DNA of 64,000 nucleotides from Longimicrobiales bacterium (GTDB lineage Bacteria > Gemmatimonadota > Gemmatimonadetes > Longimicrobiales > Gaopeijiaceae). The position numbers and the translations under genes were made by a program. The notes beneath the pieces are model-generated. The model was not told the DNA's origin. It saw nothing but the letters and a program-made list of their open reading frames with translations, and ran no database searches. Below, in pieces: positions 9,491-19,865 of this stretch. Within the stretch, counting starts at the first letter, position 1, and each line of letters opens with the position of its first letter. Where the stretch lies: positions 64,001 to 128,000 of the forward strand of contig CBDAON010000004.1 in assembly GCA_965198065.1 (NCBI GenBank), in the 5' to 3' direction.

Positions 9491-10483
9491 ATGCGGATCT
9501 GTATCTACGGAGCGGGCGCGATTGGCGGCTACCTGGGCGCCGAGCTGGCCCGGGCCGGCGAGGAGATCACTCTCATTGCCCGGGGCCCTCACTTGGAGGC
9601 CATGCGGAAGAGTGGCCTGAGGCTCCTCATCGATGGCGAGGAGCGCGTGGCGCACCCCGTCTGTACGGATGACCCGGGCGAAGCGGGCATCCAGGATTAC
9701 GTGATCATGACGGTAAAGGCGCACTCCGCGCCCGCGATCGTCTCGCCCATGCAGTCCCTGCTCGGCCCTGACACCGCAGTGGTGACCGCCATGAACGGCG
9801 TGCCCTGGTGGTATTTCTACGGAATCGAGGGCCCGTGGCAGAACCACCGGCTCGAGAGCGTCGATCCAGGTGGGGTTCAGTGGGAGGGGATCGGGCCGGA
9901 GCGGGTGATCGGATGCGTCGTTTACCCCGCTACGGAAGTCGTGGAGCCCGGGGTCATCCGTCACATGAGCGGAAACCGGTTCACGCTCGGTGAGCCGTCC
10001 GGAGATAAGACGGATCGTGTTCAGGCACTCTCGGCGGCGCTCATCGCCGCCGGGATGCGAGCTCCGATGCGAAGCATCCGGGACAAGATCTGGGTGAAGC
10101 TTTGGGGAAACCTCTGCTTTAATCCGATCAGCGCCTTGACCCTGGAGACTCTCGATGTTGTAGCCAGCGAGAGGGGCACCCGCGGCGTAGCCCGGGCCAT
10201 GATGACCGAGGCTCAGTCAATCGGCGAGAAGCTGGGGGTGCGGCTGCCGGTCGGGATCGAGAAGAGAATCGACGGAGCCGCGGCCGTCGGAGCCCACCGG
10301 ACCTCGATGTTGCAGGACCTGGAGCGCGGACGTCCGATGGAGATCGACGCTCTCGTCACTGCGGTCCAGGAGATGGGCCGCCTCGTCGGCGTCCCGACGC
10401 CCACGATCGACGTCGTGTTGGCGCTGGTCCAGCAGCGAGCCCATCAGGCCGGCCTGTACGAGTATGCGGCCGGGAGTCGGTAG
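9491..10483 (+). CDS. Ketopantoate reductase family protein (PanE2/oxalyl-CoA reductase-like)
   Basis: GAGAIGG Rossmann motif, AMNGVPWWYF, KLWGNLCFNPISALT, TSMLQDLE. Confidence 0.88.
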   Translation: MRICIYGAGAIGGYLGAELARAGEEITLIARGPHLEAMRKSGLRLLIDGEERVAHPVCTDDPGEAGIQDYVIMTVKAHSAPAIVSPMQSLLGPDTAVVTAMNGVPWWYFYGIEGPWQNHRLESVDPGGVQWEGIGPERVIGCVVYPATEVVEPGVIRHMSGNRFTLGEPSGDKTDRVQALSAALIAAGMRAPMRSIRDKIWVKLWGNLCFNPISALTLETLDVVASERGTRGVARAMMTEAQSIGEKLGVRLPVGIEKRIDGAAAVGAHRTSMLQDLERGRPMEIDALVTAVQEMGRLVGVPTPTIDVVLALVQQRAHQAGLYEYAAGSR

Positions 10484-10492
10484 AAGCCGAGC

Positions 10493-12001
10493 CTACCCGC
10501 CGACGATCGGGACCCAGATTGTCCAGTAGATCAGAACCAGCGTCATCCCCGTGAAGACCACGAGGCTCATCCAGCCGAACCACCGGGCGAAGGTCGACGG
10601 ATAGAATGCCCGATCCTGCCTGGGGATCACGACCAGACAGTAGTAGAAGTTCAGGAAAAAGATGACGGGGGCGACGAAGGCAGCGAGCGCCGAAGCGACC
10701 AGGACGAGAAAGACGGGACGCTGAAGGCCCGCGATGATCGCGACCGACGCGACGAGGGAGTACATCATCGTGGCGCGGTAGATGTTGTATTCGGAGTACC
10801 AGATCCGCCGATGCTCCGACGTGAGACCTTCCGGGTCGGTGCCGCTGAGCCCGGCCGTCCCGCGGAACAGGTTGCGACAGCAGGCTCCCACGATCCTGGG
10901 CCAGCCGTCGAAGTAGTTGAAGGCTGTCGAGAAGGTGGCAGCGAAGGCTCCCACCATGAACACGGCCATCATGCCCTGGCCGAGGCTCTGGGTGAAGATG
11001 CCCGCGATCTCGCCCATCACGGCCCGACCCTCGATCGGGCTCGGAAAGAGCCACACAGCCGCGAGCAGCAGGAAGATGGACGCGAGCACAAAGGAGACCA
11101 CGTGGCCGGCACGGAAGTCCCACGTGCCGATCTTGAACCACCTTCTGCAGTACTCCGCCGCGTTGGCCGGAAGCCTGCCTGTGTCCACGCTGAGGTCGTC
11201 CCGGTTGGGTGCGAACGGGTCGAATCGGTTGGCGAGTCCCAGGCCCTCGAGCCGCTCGCGAATCTTGCTCATCCCCTTCTTCTTCGCCTTCCCCCACTCG
11301 GACGCCTGGAGCGACACGTCCATTCCGGTCGGCAGCAGACCCAGAAAGGCAGCGATGATGAGCCAGGATCCTTCGGGGACCTCCACCGTGAAGAAGCGCC
11401 CCATGTCCGAGAGCGGAGCGGGCTCCGCCACGTACACTGCCAGCGTGGACAGGACTAGCACCGCCGCGAGGAGCTTGGCGGCGATCTCCACCGCCTTGTA
11501 GCGACCCCGGAGAATGATGGCCACCGAGATCACGGCGAGGATGAGGCCGTACACCGGAAGCGAGACGGGAAGGCCCATCACCTCGGATCCCACGTAGAAC
11601 AGGACTGCCGCGGCGGCGATGAGGCGCCCCGCCTGCCCCAGGGCGCACTGGATGAGCGTCGTGATCAGCACGTACCACAGCGGCCACTTCTTCCACGCCG
11701 TGCTATACGCCTCAATCATGCTCTTTCCGGTGGCGTTCGTGAAGCGGAAGGCCATCTCGAAGCCGTAGTACTTGAACACGTACGCCACGGGAACGCACCA
11801 CAGGAGCGCATAGCCGAAGCGCCCCCCCGCGGTGGGAGCGGTGACCAAGTGGCTCGTTCCGATCCCCGTCATCATCAGGATTATGCCGGGCCCGAAGTGA
11901 TTCATTAGGCCCCGCGGGGTCAGGTCGGGCATCGCCAGGTCCGAGAACGCTTCGTTGGCGCTGGGAGAGGTCGTGACGGGGTCGGTTGGATCGGAGGCCA
12001 T
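10493..12001 (-). CDS. NRAMP-like (APC superfamily) cation/solute transporter
   Basis: GPGIILMMTGIGTSHLV..AGGRFGYALLW, TGKSMIEAY, AATFST; about 11 TM segments. Confidence 0.75.
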   Translation of the reverse strand: MASDPTDPVTTSPSANEAFSDLAMPDLTPRGLMNHFGPGIILMMTGIGTSHLVTAPTAGGRFGYALLWCVPVAYVFKYYGFEMAFRFTNATGKSMIEAYSTAWKKWPLWYVLITTLIQCALGQAGRLIAAAAVLFYVGSEVMGLPVSLPVYGLILAVISVAIILRGRYKAVEIAAKLLAAVLVLSTLAVYVAEPAPLSDMGRFFTVEVPEGSWLIIAAFLGLLPTGMDVSLQASEWGKAKKKGMSKIRERLEGLGLANRFDPFAPNRDDLSVDTGRLPANAAEYCRRWFKIGTWDFRAGHVVSFVLASIFLLLAAVWLFPSPIEGRAVMGEIAGIFTQSLGQGMMAVFMVGAFAATFSTAFNYFDGWPRIVGACCRNLFRGTAGLSGTDPEGLTSEHRRIWYSEYNIYRATMMYSLVASVAIIAGLQRPVFLVLVASALAAFVAPVIFFLNFYYCLVVIPRQDRAFYPSTFARWFGWMSLVVFTGMTLVLIYWTIWVPIVGG

Positions 12002-12167
12002 GGCGCTCTTGGCTGATCAGTCTGGGGAACCAGCTCCTGCGGCGTGGGGGTCCATATTGTGGGGGCTGCGATTAGGAGGCAATGGTGGTCCTCCAGCTCC
12101 ACGAGGGGCCGAGCTCGGGCGCATTAACGCCCCCGCTCTGGACCCGGAGGCGGCCCGGGCTCCGCCC

Positions 12168-14930
12168 TTACCTCGCCACCCCGACCGCCTCACGGGGCCG
12201 TCCGGCCGGTTCCGTCGCCGCATGGCGAAGCGCGGCTTGGGCCGCGGCCAGTCGGGCCACCGGGACGCGGTAGGGCGAGCAGCTCACGTAGTCCAGGCCG
12301 AGACGATGGCAGAGCTCGATGGATTTCGGGTCCCCGCCGTGCTCCCCGCAGATCCCTACCTCGAGGTCGGGCCGGACCCGCCGCCCAAGCTCGAGTGCCG
12401 TGCCCATGAGCCGTCCGACCCCCTCCGGGTCGAGCGTCGCGAACGGGTTTTCGGGGAAGATCTTGCGCTGTACGTAGGCGGCTACGAACCCGGCCTCCGC
12501 ATCATCGCGTGAGATCGCGAACACGGTCTGGGTCAGGTCGTTCGTGCCAAACGAGAAGAACTCGGCGACGTCGGCAATCTGGTCCGCGGTGAGAGCTGCT
12601 CTCGGCACCTCGATCATGGTCCCGAGCTTGAACGGGATCTCGATGCCGCGCTCCGCCATGACCTCGCGCCCCACGGCTTCCACTTCCGCCCGCTGGGTGC
12701 GCAGCTCTTCCACGTGCGCGACGAGCGGAATCATGATCTCCATTTTCACGTCCACTCCATCCTCGAGGCACGTCGCGGCAGCCTCGAAGAGCGCGCGGGC
12801 CTGCATCCGGGTGAGCTCCGGGAGGAGGATCCCGAGCCGGCACCCGCGTGTTCCCAGCATAGGGTTCGACTCCCGGAGGCTCTCGGTCCGCTCGAGGAGG
12901 CGTACCTTCGCCTGCAGCTCTGCCGATACGGATTCCAGCTCGGCCGGGTCCTTCGACGTCCGCATCCGGGCCCGGAGCTCGGCGGTCTCCACGAGGAGGC
13001 CCTCGTAGCTGGGCAAGAACTCGTGCAGCGGAGGGTCGAGCAGGCGCACCACCACCGGGAGCCCGTCCATAACCCGGAAGAGCCCCTCGAAGTCCATCCT
13101 CTGGTACGGAAGGAGCTTGTCGAGCGCTTCGAGGCGGTCGTGGGGGCTTCGGGCCATGATCATGTCCCGCATGATCGGTAGCCGGTCTTCCTCGAAGAAC
13201 ATGTGCTCCGTGCGGCAGAGCCCGATGCCCTGCGCGCCGTTTTCCCGTCCGCGGTGGGCGTCCCTCGGGTAGTCGGCGTTCGTCCAGACCCCGAGCCGTC
13301 GGATCTCGTCCGCCCAGTCGAGCAGGCGAGACAACCACTGGTCCCGCACGTCCGGAACGATCGTGGCGACCCTTCCCAGATAAATCTGTCCCCGCTCTCC
13401 GTCGATCGAGATTGCTTCCCCCTCTCGGATCACGAGGTCTCCTCCCACACGGATCTCCCGCGCCTCGAGGTCGATGTCCAGGTCCTCGACGCCGACCACG
13501 GCCGGTTTCCCGAACTGGCGCGCCACGAGGGCGGCGTGGCTCGTGCGGCCGCCCCGGCTCGTGAGGATCCCGCGGGCCGCGAGCATCCCGTGCACGTCGT
13601 CGGGCCTGGTCTCGGGACGCACCATGATCACGTCCTTCCCCTCCTGGCCTCCCCAGCGCTCCGCCGTGTCAGCATCGAGCGCCACGACTCCGACGGCCGC
13701 TCCCGGAGACACGTTCAGTCCCTCGGCCACGAGGCGAGCGGCCCGACGGGCGGACTCGTCGAACTGGGGGTGGAGGAAGAAGCTCAGCTGGTCGGGCGAC
13801 ACTCGGAGGACGGCCTCGTCACGGGAGATGAGCCCTTCATCCACCATGTCCACCGCGATGCGCACCTCGGCCTGGGCCGTCCGCTTTGCGTCCCGAGTCT
13901 GGAGCAGCCACAGCGTGCTGCGCTCGACTGTGAACTCCATGTCCTGCATGTCGCGATACCGACGCTCGAGCGCCTCCGCGATCCCGACGAGCTTCCGGTA
14001 GGCCTCGGGGAAGCGCGCCTCCATGGTTCCGATGGGGAGCGTCTGACGAATTCCCGCGACGACGTCCTCGCCCTGGGCATTCACCAGGAAGTCGCCCTCG
14101 AGACCCGGCTCTCCCGTGGACGAGTTCCGGCTCATCGCGACGCCGGTGACCGAGTCGTCCCCCATGTTTCCGAAGACCATGGCCTGGACGTTAACCGCGG
14201 TACCGAGGTCGTGAGGAATCTCCACGGCGTTCCGGTAATCCACGGCACGTTTCCCGTTCCACGACCGGAACACGGCTTCCGTGGCTCCCCGGAGCTGCAC
14301 GCGAGGGTCCTGAGGGAACTCGGCCCCTGTGTCCCGGCGGACCAGCTCCTTGAAGGCTTCGGTGACCTGGCGCCAGTCGTCGGCTCCGAGATCGGCATCG
14401 GACGAGACCCCCGAAGCACGGCGTCGCTCAGCAATCACCTTCTCGAACGCCTGGTCTCCCATGCCCTTCACGACCAAACCGTACATCTGGACGAGCCGGC
14501 GGTACGAGTCGAATGCGAAACGCTCGTCGCCGCTCAGGTTCGCCACGCCCTCGGCCACTTCGTCGTTCATGCCGAGGTTCAGGATCGTGTCCATCATCCC
14601 GGGCATGGAGAACTTCGATCCAGACCGGCAGGACACGAGAAGCGGGTTCGCGGGGTCCCCGAACGCCTTTCCGGTCGCTTCCTCGATCCGACGGATGGCG
14701 TCTTCGATCTGCGCCCAGATGTCCGGGGCGAGCGTCTCACCCCCGTCGAGGTAGGCGATGCACGCCTCGGTCGTCACGGTGAACCCCGGCGGCACCGGGA
14801 GCCCCTGCCGCATCATGTCGGCGAGATTGGCTCCCTTTCCTCCGAGGAGCCCACGGACCCCCTCCCAGCCCTCCGTCCTGGCCTCGACCTTCCCGAGGTC
14901 GGTCAGCAGGTAGACCCACGGCCGATCCAT
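12168..14930 (-). CDS. ppdK: Pyruvate, phosphate dikinase
   Basis: LLGGKGANLA, SMPGMMDTILNLG, GGRTSHAA (phospho-His), GIGLCRTEHMF, SFGTNDLTQ, GICGEHGG. Confidence 0.97.
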   Translation of the reverse strand: MDRPWVYLLTDLGKVEARTEGWEGVRGLLGGKGANLADMMRQGLPVPPGFTVTTEACIAYLDGGETLAPDIWAQIEDAIRRIEEATGKAFGDPANPLLVSCRSGSKFSMPGMMDTILNLGMNDEVAEGVANLSGDERFAFDSYRRLVQMYGLVVKGMGDQAFEKVIAERRRASGVSSDADLGADDWRQVTEAFKELVRRDTGAEFPQDPRVQLRGATEAVFRSWNGKRAVDYRNAVEIPHDLGTAVNVQAMVFGNMGDDSVTGVAMSRNSSTGEPGLEGDFLVNAQGEDVVAGIRQTLPIGTMEARFPEAYRKLVGIAEALERRYRDMQDMEFTVERSTLWLLQTRDAKRTAQAEVRIAVDMVDEGLISRDEAVLRVSPDQLSFFLHPQFDESARRAARLVAEGLNVSPGAAVGVVALDADTAERWGGQEGKDVIMVRPETRPDDVHGMLAARGILTSRGGRTSHAALVARQFGKPAVVGVEDLDIDLEAREIRVGGDLVIREGEAISIDGERGQIYLGRVATIVPDVRDQWLSRLLDWADEIRRLGVWTNADYPRDAHRGRENGAQGIGLCRTEHMFFEEDRLPIMRDMIMARSPHDRLEALDKLLPYQRMDFEGLFRVMDGLPVVVRLLDPPLHEFLPSYEGLLVETAELRARMRTSKDPAELESVSAELQAKVRLLERTESLRESNPMLGTRGCRLGILLPELTRMQARALFEAAATCLEDGVDVKMEIMIPLVAHVEELRTQRAEVEAVGREVMAERGIEIPFKLGTMIEVPRAALTADQIADVAEFFSFGTNDLTQTVFAISRDDAEAGFVAAYVQRKIFPENPFATLDPEGVGRLMGTALELGRRVRPDLEVGICGEHGGDPKSIELCHRLGLDYVSCSPYRVPVARLAAAQAALRHAATEPAGRPREAVGVAR

Positions 14931-15066
14931 GTACTCTCTTCCGGCTCGAGGTTGTGCACCATCCGGTTCAGCCGCGCGGATTCTAACACATGCGCCGCCG
15001 GGCTGGCGAGCGCCTCCGGCGGAGCCATTCTTCCCCCTCGTCCCGGCCGTGGGTAGCTTAACCCTC

Positions 15067-17556
15067 ATGAACATCCCAGGGCTCGCCGGACCGTCCTTCC
15101 GCCTCGCCGGCCCCCTCCTACTCCTCTTCCTTGCAGCCCCCTCCGACCCTGTCTCCGCTCAGCTCCGGGGACCGAGCGTTGGGGTCGTCGAGGCCGCGGA
15201 GCTGTTGCGGCAGCTCGACGGCGAGAAGCGGGTGCTCATGATCGGCGCCCACCCGGACGACGAGGACACGTCCATGCTGGCGGCGCTCGCGCGGGGGCAC
15301 GGCGTGCGGACGGCGTACCTTTCTCTCACGCAAGGCGAAGGCGGGCAGAACCTGATCGGCCCCGATCTCGAGGAGGGGCTCGGCCTCATCCGGACTGGCG
15401 AGCTCGTGTCCGCGCGCTTGGTGGACGGCGCCGAGCAGTACTTCTCCCGAGCGATCGACTTCGGGTACTCGAAGACGCTGGAGGAGGCGCTCGGACACTG
15501 GCCGGAGGAGGAACTGGTTGGGGACGTCGTGTGGGTCGTCCGCCTCTTCCGGCCCCACGTCATCCTCTCGGTCTTCACCGGCACACCCTCCGACGGGCAC
15601 GGCCAGCACCAGGCTGCCGGCGTGGCCGCGCGACTCGCGTTCGAGGCGGCAGCCGATCCCTCCCGGTTTGTGGACCAGCTCGCGCTCGGGGTGGAGGCGT
15701 GGGCGACCCCGAAGCTGTACCAGCTTCGGCGGGGCGGGGGCCAGGTGGCGGACGTCCTGGTGGAGACGGGCCAGCTGGACCCCCTGCTGGGGCGGTCGTT
15801 CCACCAGGTCGCGATGGAGAGCCGGAGCCGCCACCGCTCCCAAGCCCAGGGGGCGTCCCAAGCGCCGGGGCCGCGGGCCTCCGGGGGGACTCTCGTGGAG
15901 AGCCGCGTGTCGGGCTCGGGCGTCGAGGACGGGTTCTTCGTCGGGATCGACACGACGCTCGTGGGGATCGCTCGGGCCGCGGGGGGGCCGGCCGAGGCCG
16001 TCCTGCTGGAGCTGATACGGGCGTACCGCGAAGCCCTGTTGGCGGCGGCGGAGACGTTGCAGGTCGCCGATCCCGAGCCCGCCGTGGCCCATCTTGTCAC
16101 CGCCCTGAGCCACCTCGAGGACGCCCGGGCGGTCGCAGCCGAGGCGCCGGCGGGCCCCGGCCGCACTGAACTGGTGAACGTACTTGAGAGGCGGGGGGCG
16201 ACGCTGGCTCGCGCAATTGCCGCAGTTGGAGGGATCGTGATGGACGCCCGCGCCGACCGGGCGCGGGTGAGCCCTGGGGAAACGATCGGAGTGGACGTCG
16301 TCGTGTGGAACGGGGGCGCGCGTGAGATCGTCGTGACCGCGGTCGATCTGGCCCTTCCGAGCGGATGGACGTCCAGCGGACCCGTGTCGGCTCCCTACGC
16401 GGTACCCCCGGGCGAGCTTGAGACGATCGAGATCACGGTGGAGGTGCCCGAGTCCGCGGAGATCGAGAGGGCCGCGAGCTACGTGGGGGTGGAGCGAGCG
16501 TCCGGCGAGTACCGGGTTCCGCTCCACGTGCTTCCGCGGATGGCCGTCCAGGTGGAGCGGAGGAGCATGGCCTGGCCGGCTGGGGAGGCGGGGGCACGGC
16601 CAGTTTCGGTCCGGGTGTCGAACCTCTCCGCTGCGGGGACCGAGGGCGAGCTCAGGCTGATCCCCCGCGCTGGGTGGACGGTTTCCCCGGAGCTCCACCC
16701 TGTGGAGCTACCCGAGCCCGGAGGCGAGGCGACGTTCGCCTTCCAGATCCGGCCGACCCCCGGGGCCGCCCCGGGTGTCGCGGGGTTCCGTGCGGTGGTG
16801 ACCGATGGGGGAGGGGAGCTCGACGAAAGCGTGGTAATGGTGGACTACCCGCACATCGAGCCGGCGCCGCTCATCGAGCCAGCCGAGCTCTGGGTGTCGT
16901 ACTTCCCCGTCCGGGTCGCTGAGGGGCTGAGGGTGGGGTACGTCCAGGGCCCGGGGGCGGGCGACCTCACCGGCCTGGCCGACCTCGGCGTGGACGTGGA
17001 GGCGCTCGTCCCAGAGGACCTCCGCTCGGGCTCGCTGGATCGGTTCACGACCATCCTCGTCGGAATCCGAGCCTACGAGACGAGAGACGACCTCGTGGCG
17101 TCGAACCAGCGGCTTCTCGATTTCGCACGGGACGGGGGAACGGTCGTCGTTCAATACAATCAGTACGCGTTCGCGAACGGGGACTTCGCCCCCTACCCGG
17201 TCGAGATGGCCCGCCCGCACGATCGGGTCACGGACCCGGACGCGGAGGTCACGTTCCTGGATCCGGGACACCGGGCCCTGACGGCTCCGAATCCGCTCTC
17301 CGCCTCGGACTTCGAGGGATGGGTGCAGGAGCGGGGGCTCTACTTCCTAAACCGGTGGGACGACCGCTACACGCCCCTCCTCCGAATGGCGGACCCGGGA
17401 GAGGAGCCGAACAGCGGCTCCCTGGTCGTCGCGCGAGTGGGAGAAGGAGCCTACGTGTACACGGGGCTGGCGCTCTTCCGCCAGCTTCCGCGAGGCCTGC
17501 CGGGCGCGTTCCGAATCCTCGCGAACCTGATCTCTCTCCGCGGCTCGGAGTTGTAA
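15067..17556 (+). CDS. Secreted PIG-L/LmbE family deacetylase with NEW3-like and class I GATase-like C-terminal domains
   Basis: Signal peptide; GAHPDDED, GEGGQNLIG, HGQHQ motifs; GWVQERGLYF C-terminal domain. Confidence 0.88.
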   Translation: MNIPGLAGPSFRLAGPLLLLFLAAPSDPVSAQLRGPSVGVVEAAELLRQLDGEKRVLMIGAHPDDEDTSMLAALARGHGVRTAYLSLTQGEGGQNLIGPDLEEGLGLIRTGELVSARLVDGAEQYFSRAIDFGYSKTLEEALGHWPEEELVGDVVWVVRLFRPHVILSVFTGTPSDGHGQHQAAGVAARLAFEAAADPSRFVDQLALGVEAWATPKLYQLRRGGGQVADVLVETGQLDPLLGRSFHQVAMESRSRHRSQAQGASQAPGPRASGGTLVESRVSGSGVEDGFFVGIDTTLVGIARAAGGPAEAVLLELIRAYREALLAAAETLQVADPEPAVAHLVTALSHLEDARAVAAEAPAGPGRTELVNVLERRGATLARAIAAVGGIVMDARADRARVSPGETIGVDVVVWNGGAREIVVTAVDLALPSGWTSSGPVSAPYAVPPGELETIEITVEVPESAEIERAASYVGVERASGEYRVPLHVLPRMAVQVERRSMAWPAGEAGARPVSVRVSNLSAAGTEGELRLIPRAGWTVSPELHPVELPEPGGEATFAFQIRPTPGAAPGVAGFRAVVTDGGGELDESVVMVDYPHIEPAPLIEPAELWVSYFPVRVAEGLRVGYVQGPGAGDLTGLADLGVDVEALVPEDLRSGSLDRFTTILVGIRAYETRDDLVASNQRLLDFARDGGTVVVQYNQYAFANGDFAPYPVEMARPHDRVTDPDAEVTFLDPGHRALTAPNPLSASDFEGWVQERGLYFLNRWDDRYTPLLRMADPGEEPNSGSLVVARVGEGAYVYTGLALFRQLPRGLPGAFRILANLISLRGSEL

Positions 17557-17574
17557 CGCCCGTTCCGGAGCTTC

Positions 17575-18627
17575 ATGCGCCGAAGTTCTCTCACCCGGGT
17601 CGGAAGCCTACTGTTCGTGGCCAGCCTGTGGGCCTGCGACGGCGGTAGGGGAGACGCGCTCGTCGTCTACACTCCGCACGGAACGGATCTGTTGGAGCAT
17701 TTCGCGGCCCGGTTCCAGGCCCTGAACCCCGAGATCGTCGTAGAGTGGCTGGACATGGGATCCCAGGAGGTGCTAGACCGGCTCCGATCGGAGCGGGCGA
17801 ACCCGCAGGCGGACGTCTGGTGGGGCGCACCGGCCGAGATCTTTGTGCAGGGCGCAGAGGACGGGCTCCTCGATCCGTATCGGCCCACCTGGGCCGAAGC
17901 GCTTCCACCGGAGGGCCGCGGGCCCGGGGACCTCTGGTTCGCGACGTACCTCACACCGGAGGTCATTGCGTACAACTCGGACGCGGTCTCCGCGGACGAG
18001 GCGCCGAGGGAGTGGGACGACGTGCTGGACCCGCGCTGGCGCGGGGAGGTTCTGATCCGGGATCCGCTCGCGTCCGGGACGATGCGCGCCATCTTTTCGG
18101 CGATCATCTGGCGGGAGTCGCGGGGCACCGGTGACCCCTCGGCCGGATACGAGTGGCTCCTCCGCCTGGACGCGCAGACGAGGGAGTACGTGTTGAACCC
18201 GACCCTCCTGTATCAAAAGCTCGCTCGCCAGGAGGGGATGGTGACGCTCTGGGCCATGCCGGACATCGAAACGCTTCGCGCGACGACCGACTATCCCATC
18301 GATTACGTGATTCCCGAGGGAGGCACGCCGGTCGTGATCGACGGGGTCGCAGTTGTCCGCGGCACCCGCCACCCCGAGCTGGCACGCGCGTTTGTGGAGT
18401 ACGTGGGGAGCGAGGAGGCGCTCATCGAGGCCGCCCAGTCGTTTTTCCGAATCCCCGCGCGAGACGACGTGGATCCCGCGCGCCTCCCAGAGTGGCTCAG
18501 GCAGTCCCTCACCAGCATTCGCCCCATGGAAGTGGATGCCGAGCTCGTCCGGGAGCGGACCCCGGAGTGGATGAGATACTGGGACGCGAACATCCGCAGA
18601 AGGGGCGAGGCTCTCGGCTATGAGTGA
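17575..18627 (+). CDS. ABC transporter substrate-binding lipoprotein (FbpA/AfuA-like)
   Basis: Lipobox LWAC; NPQADVWWG, IAYN, P..WDD, RDPLASGT. Confidence 0.85.
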   Translation: MRRSSLTRVGSLLFVASLWACDGGRGDALVVYTPHGTDLLEHFAARFQALNPEIVVEWLDMGSQEVLDRLRSERANPQADVWWGAPAEIFVQGAEDGLLDPYRPTWAEALPPEGRGPGDLWFATYLTPEVIAYNSDAVSADEAPREWDDVLDPRWRGEVLIRDPLASGTMRAIFSAIIWRESRGTGDPSAGYEWLLRLDAQTREYVLNPTLLYQKLARQEGMVTLWAMPDIETLRATTDYPIDYVIPEGGTPVVIDGVAVVRGTRHPELARAFVEYVGSEEALIEAAQSFFRIPARDDVDPARLPEWLRQSLTSIRPMEVDAELVRERTPEWMRYWDANIRRRGEALGYE

Positions 18628-19762
18628 GGGGAGGGAAGATGGGATCCTTCACCTCGATCGAGTCTCGCGCCGCTTCCCGGAGGTCGTAGCCGTCGATCAA
18701 CTCTCGCTCATGGTAGGGGCGGGGGAGCTCGTCACCCTCCTCGGCCCCTCCGGGTGCGGGAAGACCACCGCCCTTCGACTCATCGCCGGATTCGATACGC
18801 CCGACGAGGGCCGCGTCTGGTTCGAGGGGCGGGACGTCACGACCCGGAAGCCCCAGGAGCGCGGCTTCGGGATGGTGTTCCAGAGCTACGCGCTCTTCCC
18901 CCACCTGAACGTGTTCGAGAACGTGGCCTTCGGGCTCCGCGCCCGCGGGATACCCGAGCCTCGCCTCCGGGAGCGCGTAGCATCCGCGCTGGAGCTCGTG
19001 GCGCTCCCGGATCACGGGGACCGGGCTGTCCAGGCCCTTTCGGGCGGGCAGCAGCAGCGGGTCGCCCTTGCCCGGGCGATCGCGACCGAGCCACCGCTCC
19101 TCCTCCTAGACGAGCCGCTCTCGAATTTGGATCAGACGCTCCGGGTGAAGACGCGCGCGGAGCTCCGAGGCCTCGTGAGAGAGCTCGGCATCACGGCGAT
19201 CTTCGTGACCCATGATCAGGAGGAGGCGTTCGACCTCTCGGATCGGATCGGGGTGATGCGGTCCGGGAGGCTCGTCCAGATCGGGAGCCCGCGGGCTCTG
19301 TACGAGGAACCGGCCGACCGGTTCGTGGCGAGCTTCGTGGGACGGGCGAGCTCGCTCGCGGTGACCCTCGAGACGACCGGTGTCCGGATCTCGGACGGCG
19401 TGGTCTGGCCGTTCTCGGGCCCGGCCACCGGAGGATCTGGGTCCTCCGGGGCGGCCCGCCCCACGCCCGGCTCCCTGGCCATCCTGCTCTTTCGGCCCGA
19501 GGAGCTCGCGCTCGTGGACGGGGAGCCGGACCCGGATCTGGGCGCCCCCCTCCTTGGAGTGGTCCGCGACCGCCGCTTCCGGGGACGTTCAGCCCTCTTT
19601 CAGGTGGAAGTGGAGGCGCGGGCGCCGGGCTCCGCGCCCTCGTCGGTGCGGGCGGTCGTCGAGGTGCTGGGCCCGCCCGGTGGTCCCGCCCCGGGAACGA
19701 CTGTGAGGATCCAACCCCGAAAGGGTGCCCGGCTCCACCTGTTTCCCGAGGAGCCGGCGTGA
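18620..19762 (+). CDS. ABC transporter ATP-binding protein (FbpC/PotA-like)
   Basis: GPSGCGKTT, LSGGQQQRVALARA, LLLDEP, VTHDQEEA. Confidence 0.93.
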   Translation: MSEGREDGILHLDRVSRRFPEVVAVDQLSLMVGAGELVTLLGPSGCGKTTALRLIAGFDTPDEGRVWFEGRDVTTRKPQERGFGMVFQSYALFPHLNVFENVAFGLRARGIPEPRLRERVASALELVALPDHGDRAVQALSGGQQQRVALARAIATEPPLLLLDEPLSNLDQTLRVKTRAELRGLVRELGITAIFVTHDQEEAFDLSDRIGVMRSGRLVQIGSPRALYEEPADRFVASFVGRASSLAVTLETTGVRISDGVVWPFSGPATGGSGSSGAARPTPGSLAILLFRPEELALVDGEPDPDLGAPLLGVVRDRRFRGRSALFQVEVEARAPGSAPSSVRAVVEVLGPPGGPAPGTTVRIQPRKGARLHLFPEEPA

Positions 19763-19865
19763 GCGAGCCGCCGATGGCCGGGGCTCCGGCGGTTCGACGA
19801 CGTTCCGCAACTCGACGGCATCCCGCGGTTCAGCGTCCCCCGGTTCCCAAGCGTACCCGGGTTCC

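Noticed and set aside
13203..15056. Long antisense/alternate-frame ORFs (e.g. 13203-15056 +, 15118-16698 -, 50658-52637 -, 43475-44545 +)
   Set aside because: Shadow ORFs of well-supported genes in high-GC DNA; Arg/Pro/Gly-rich with no motifs
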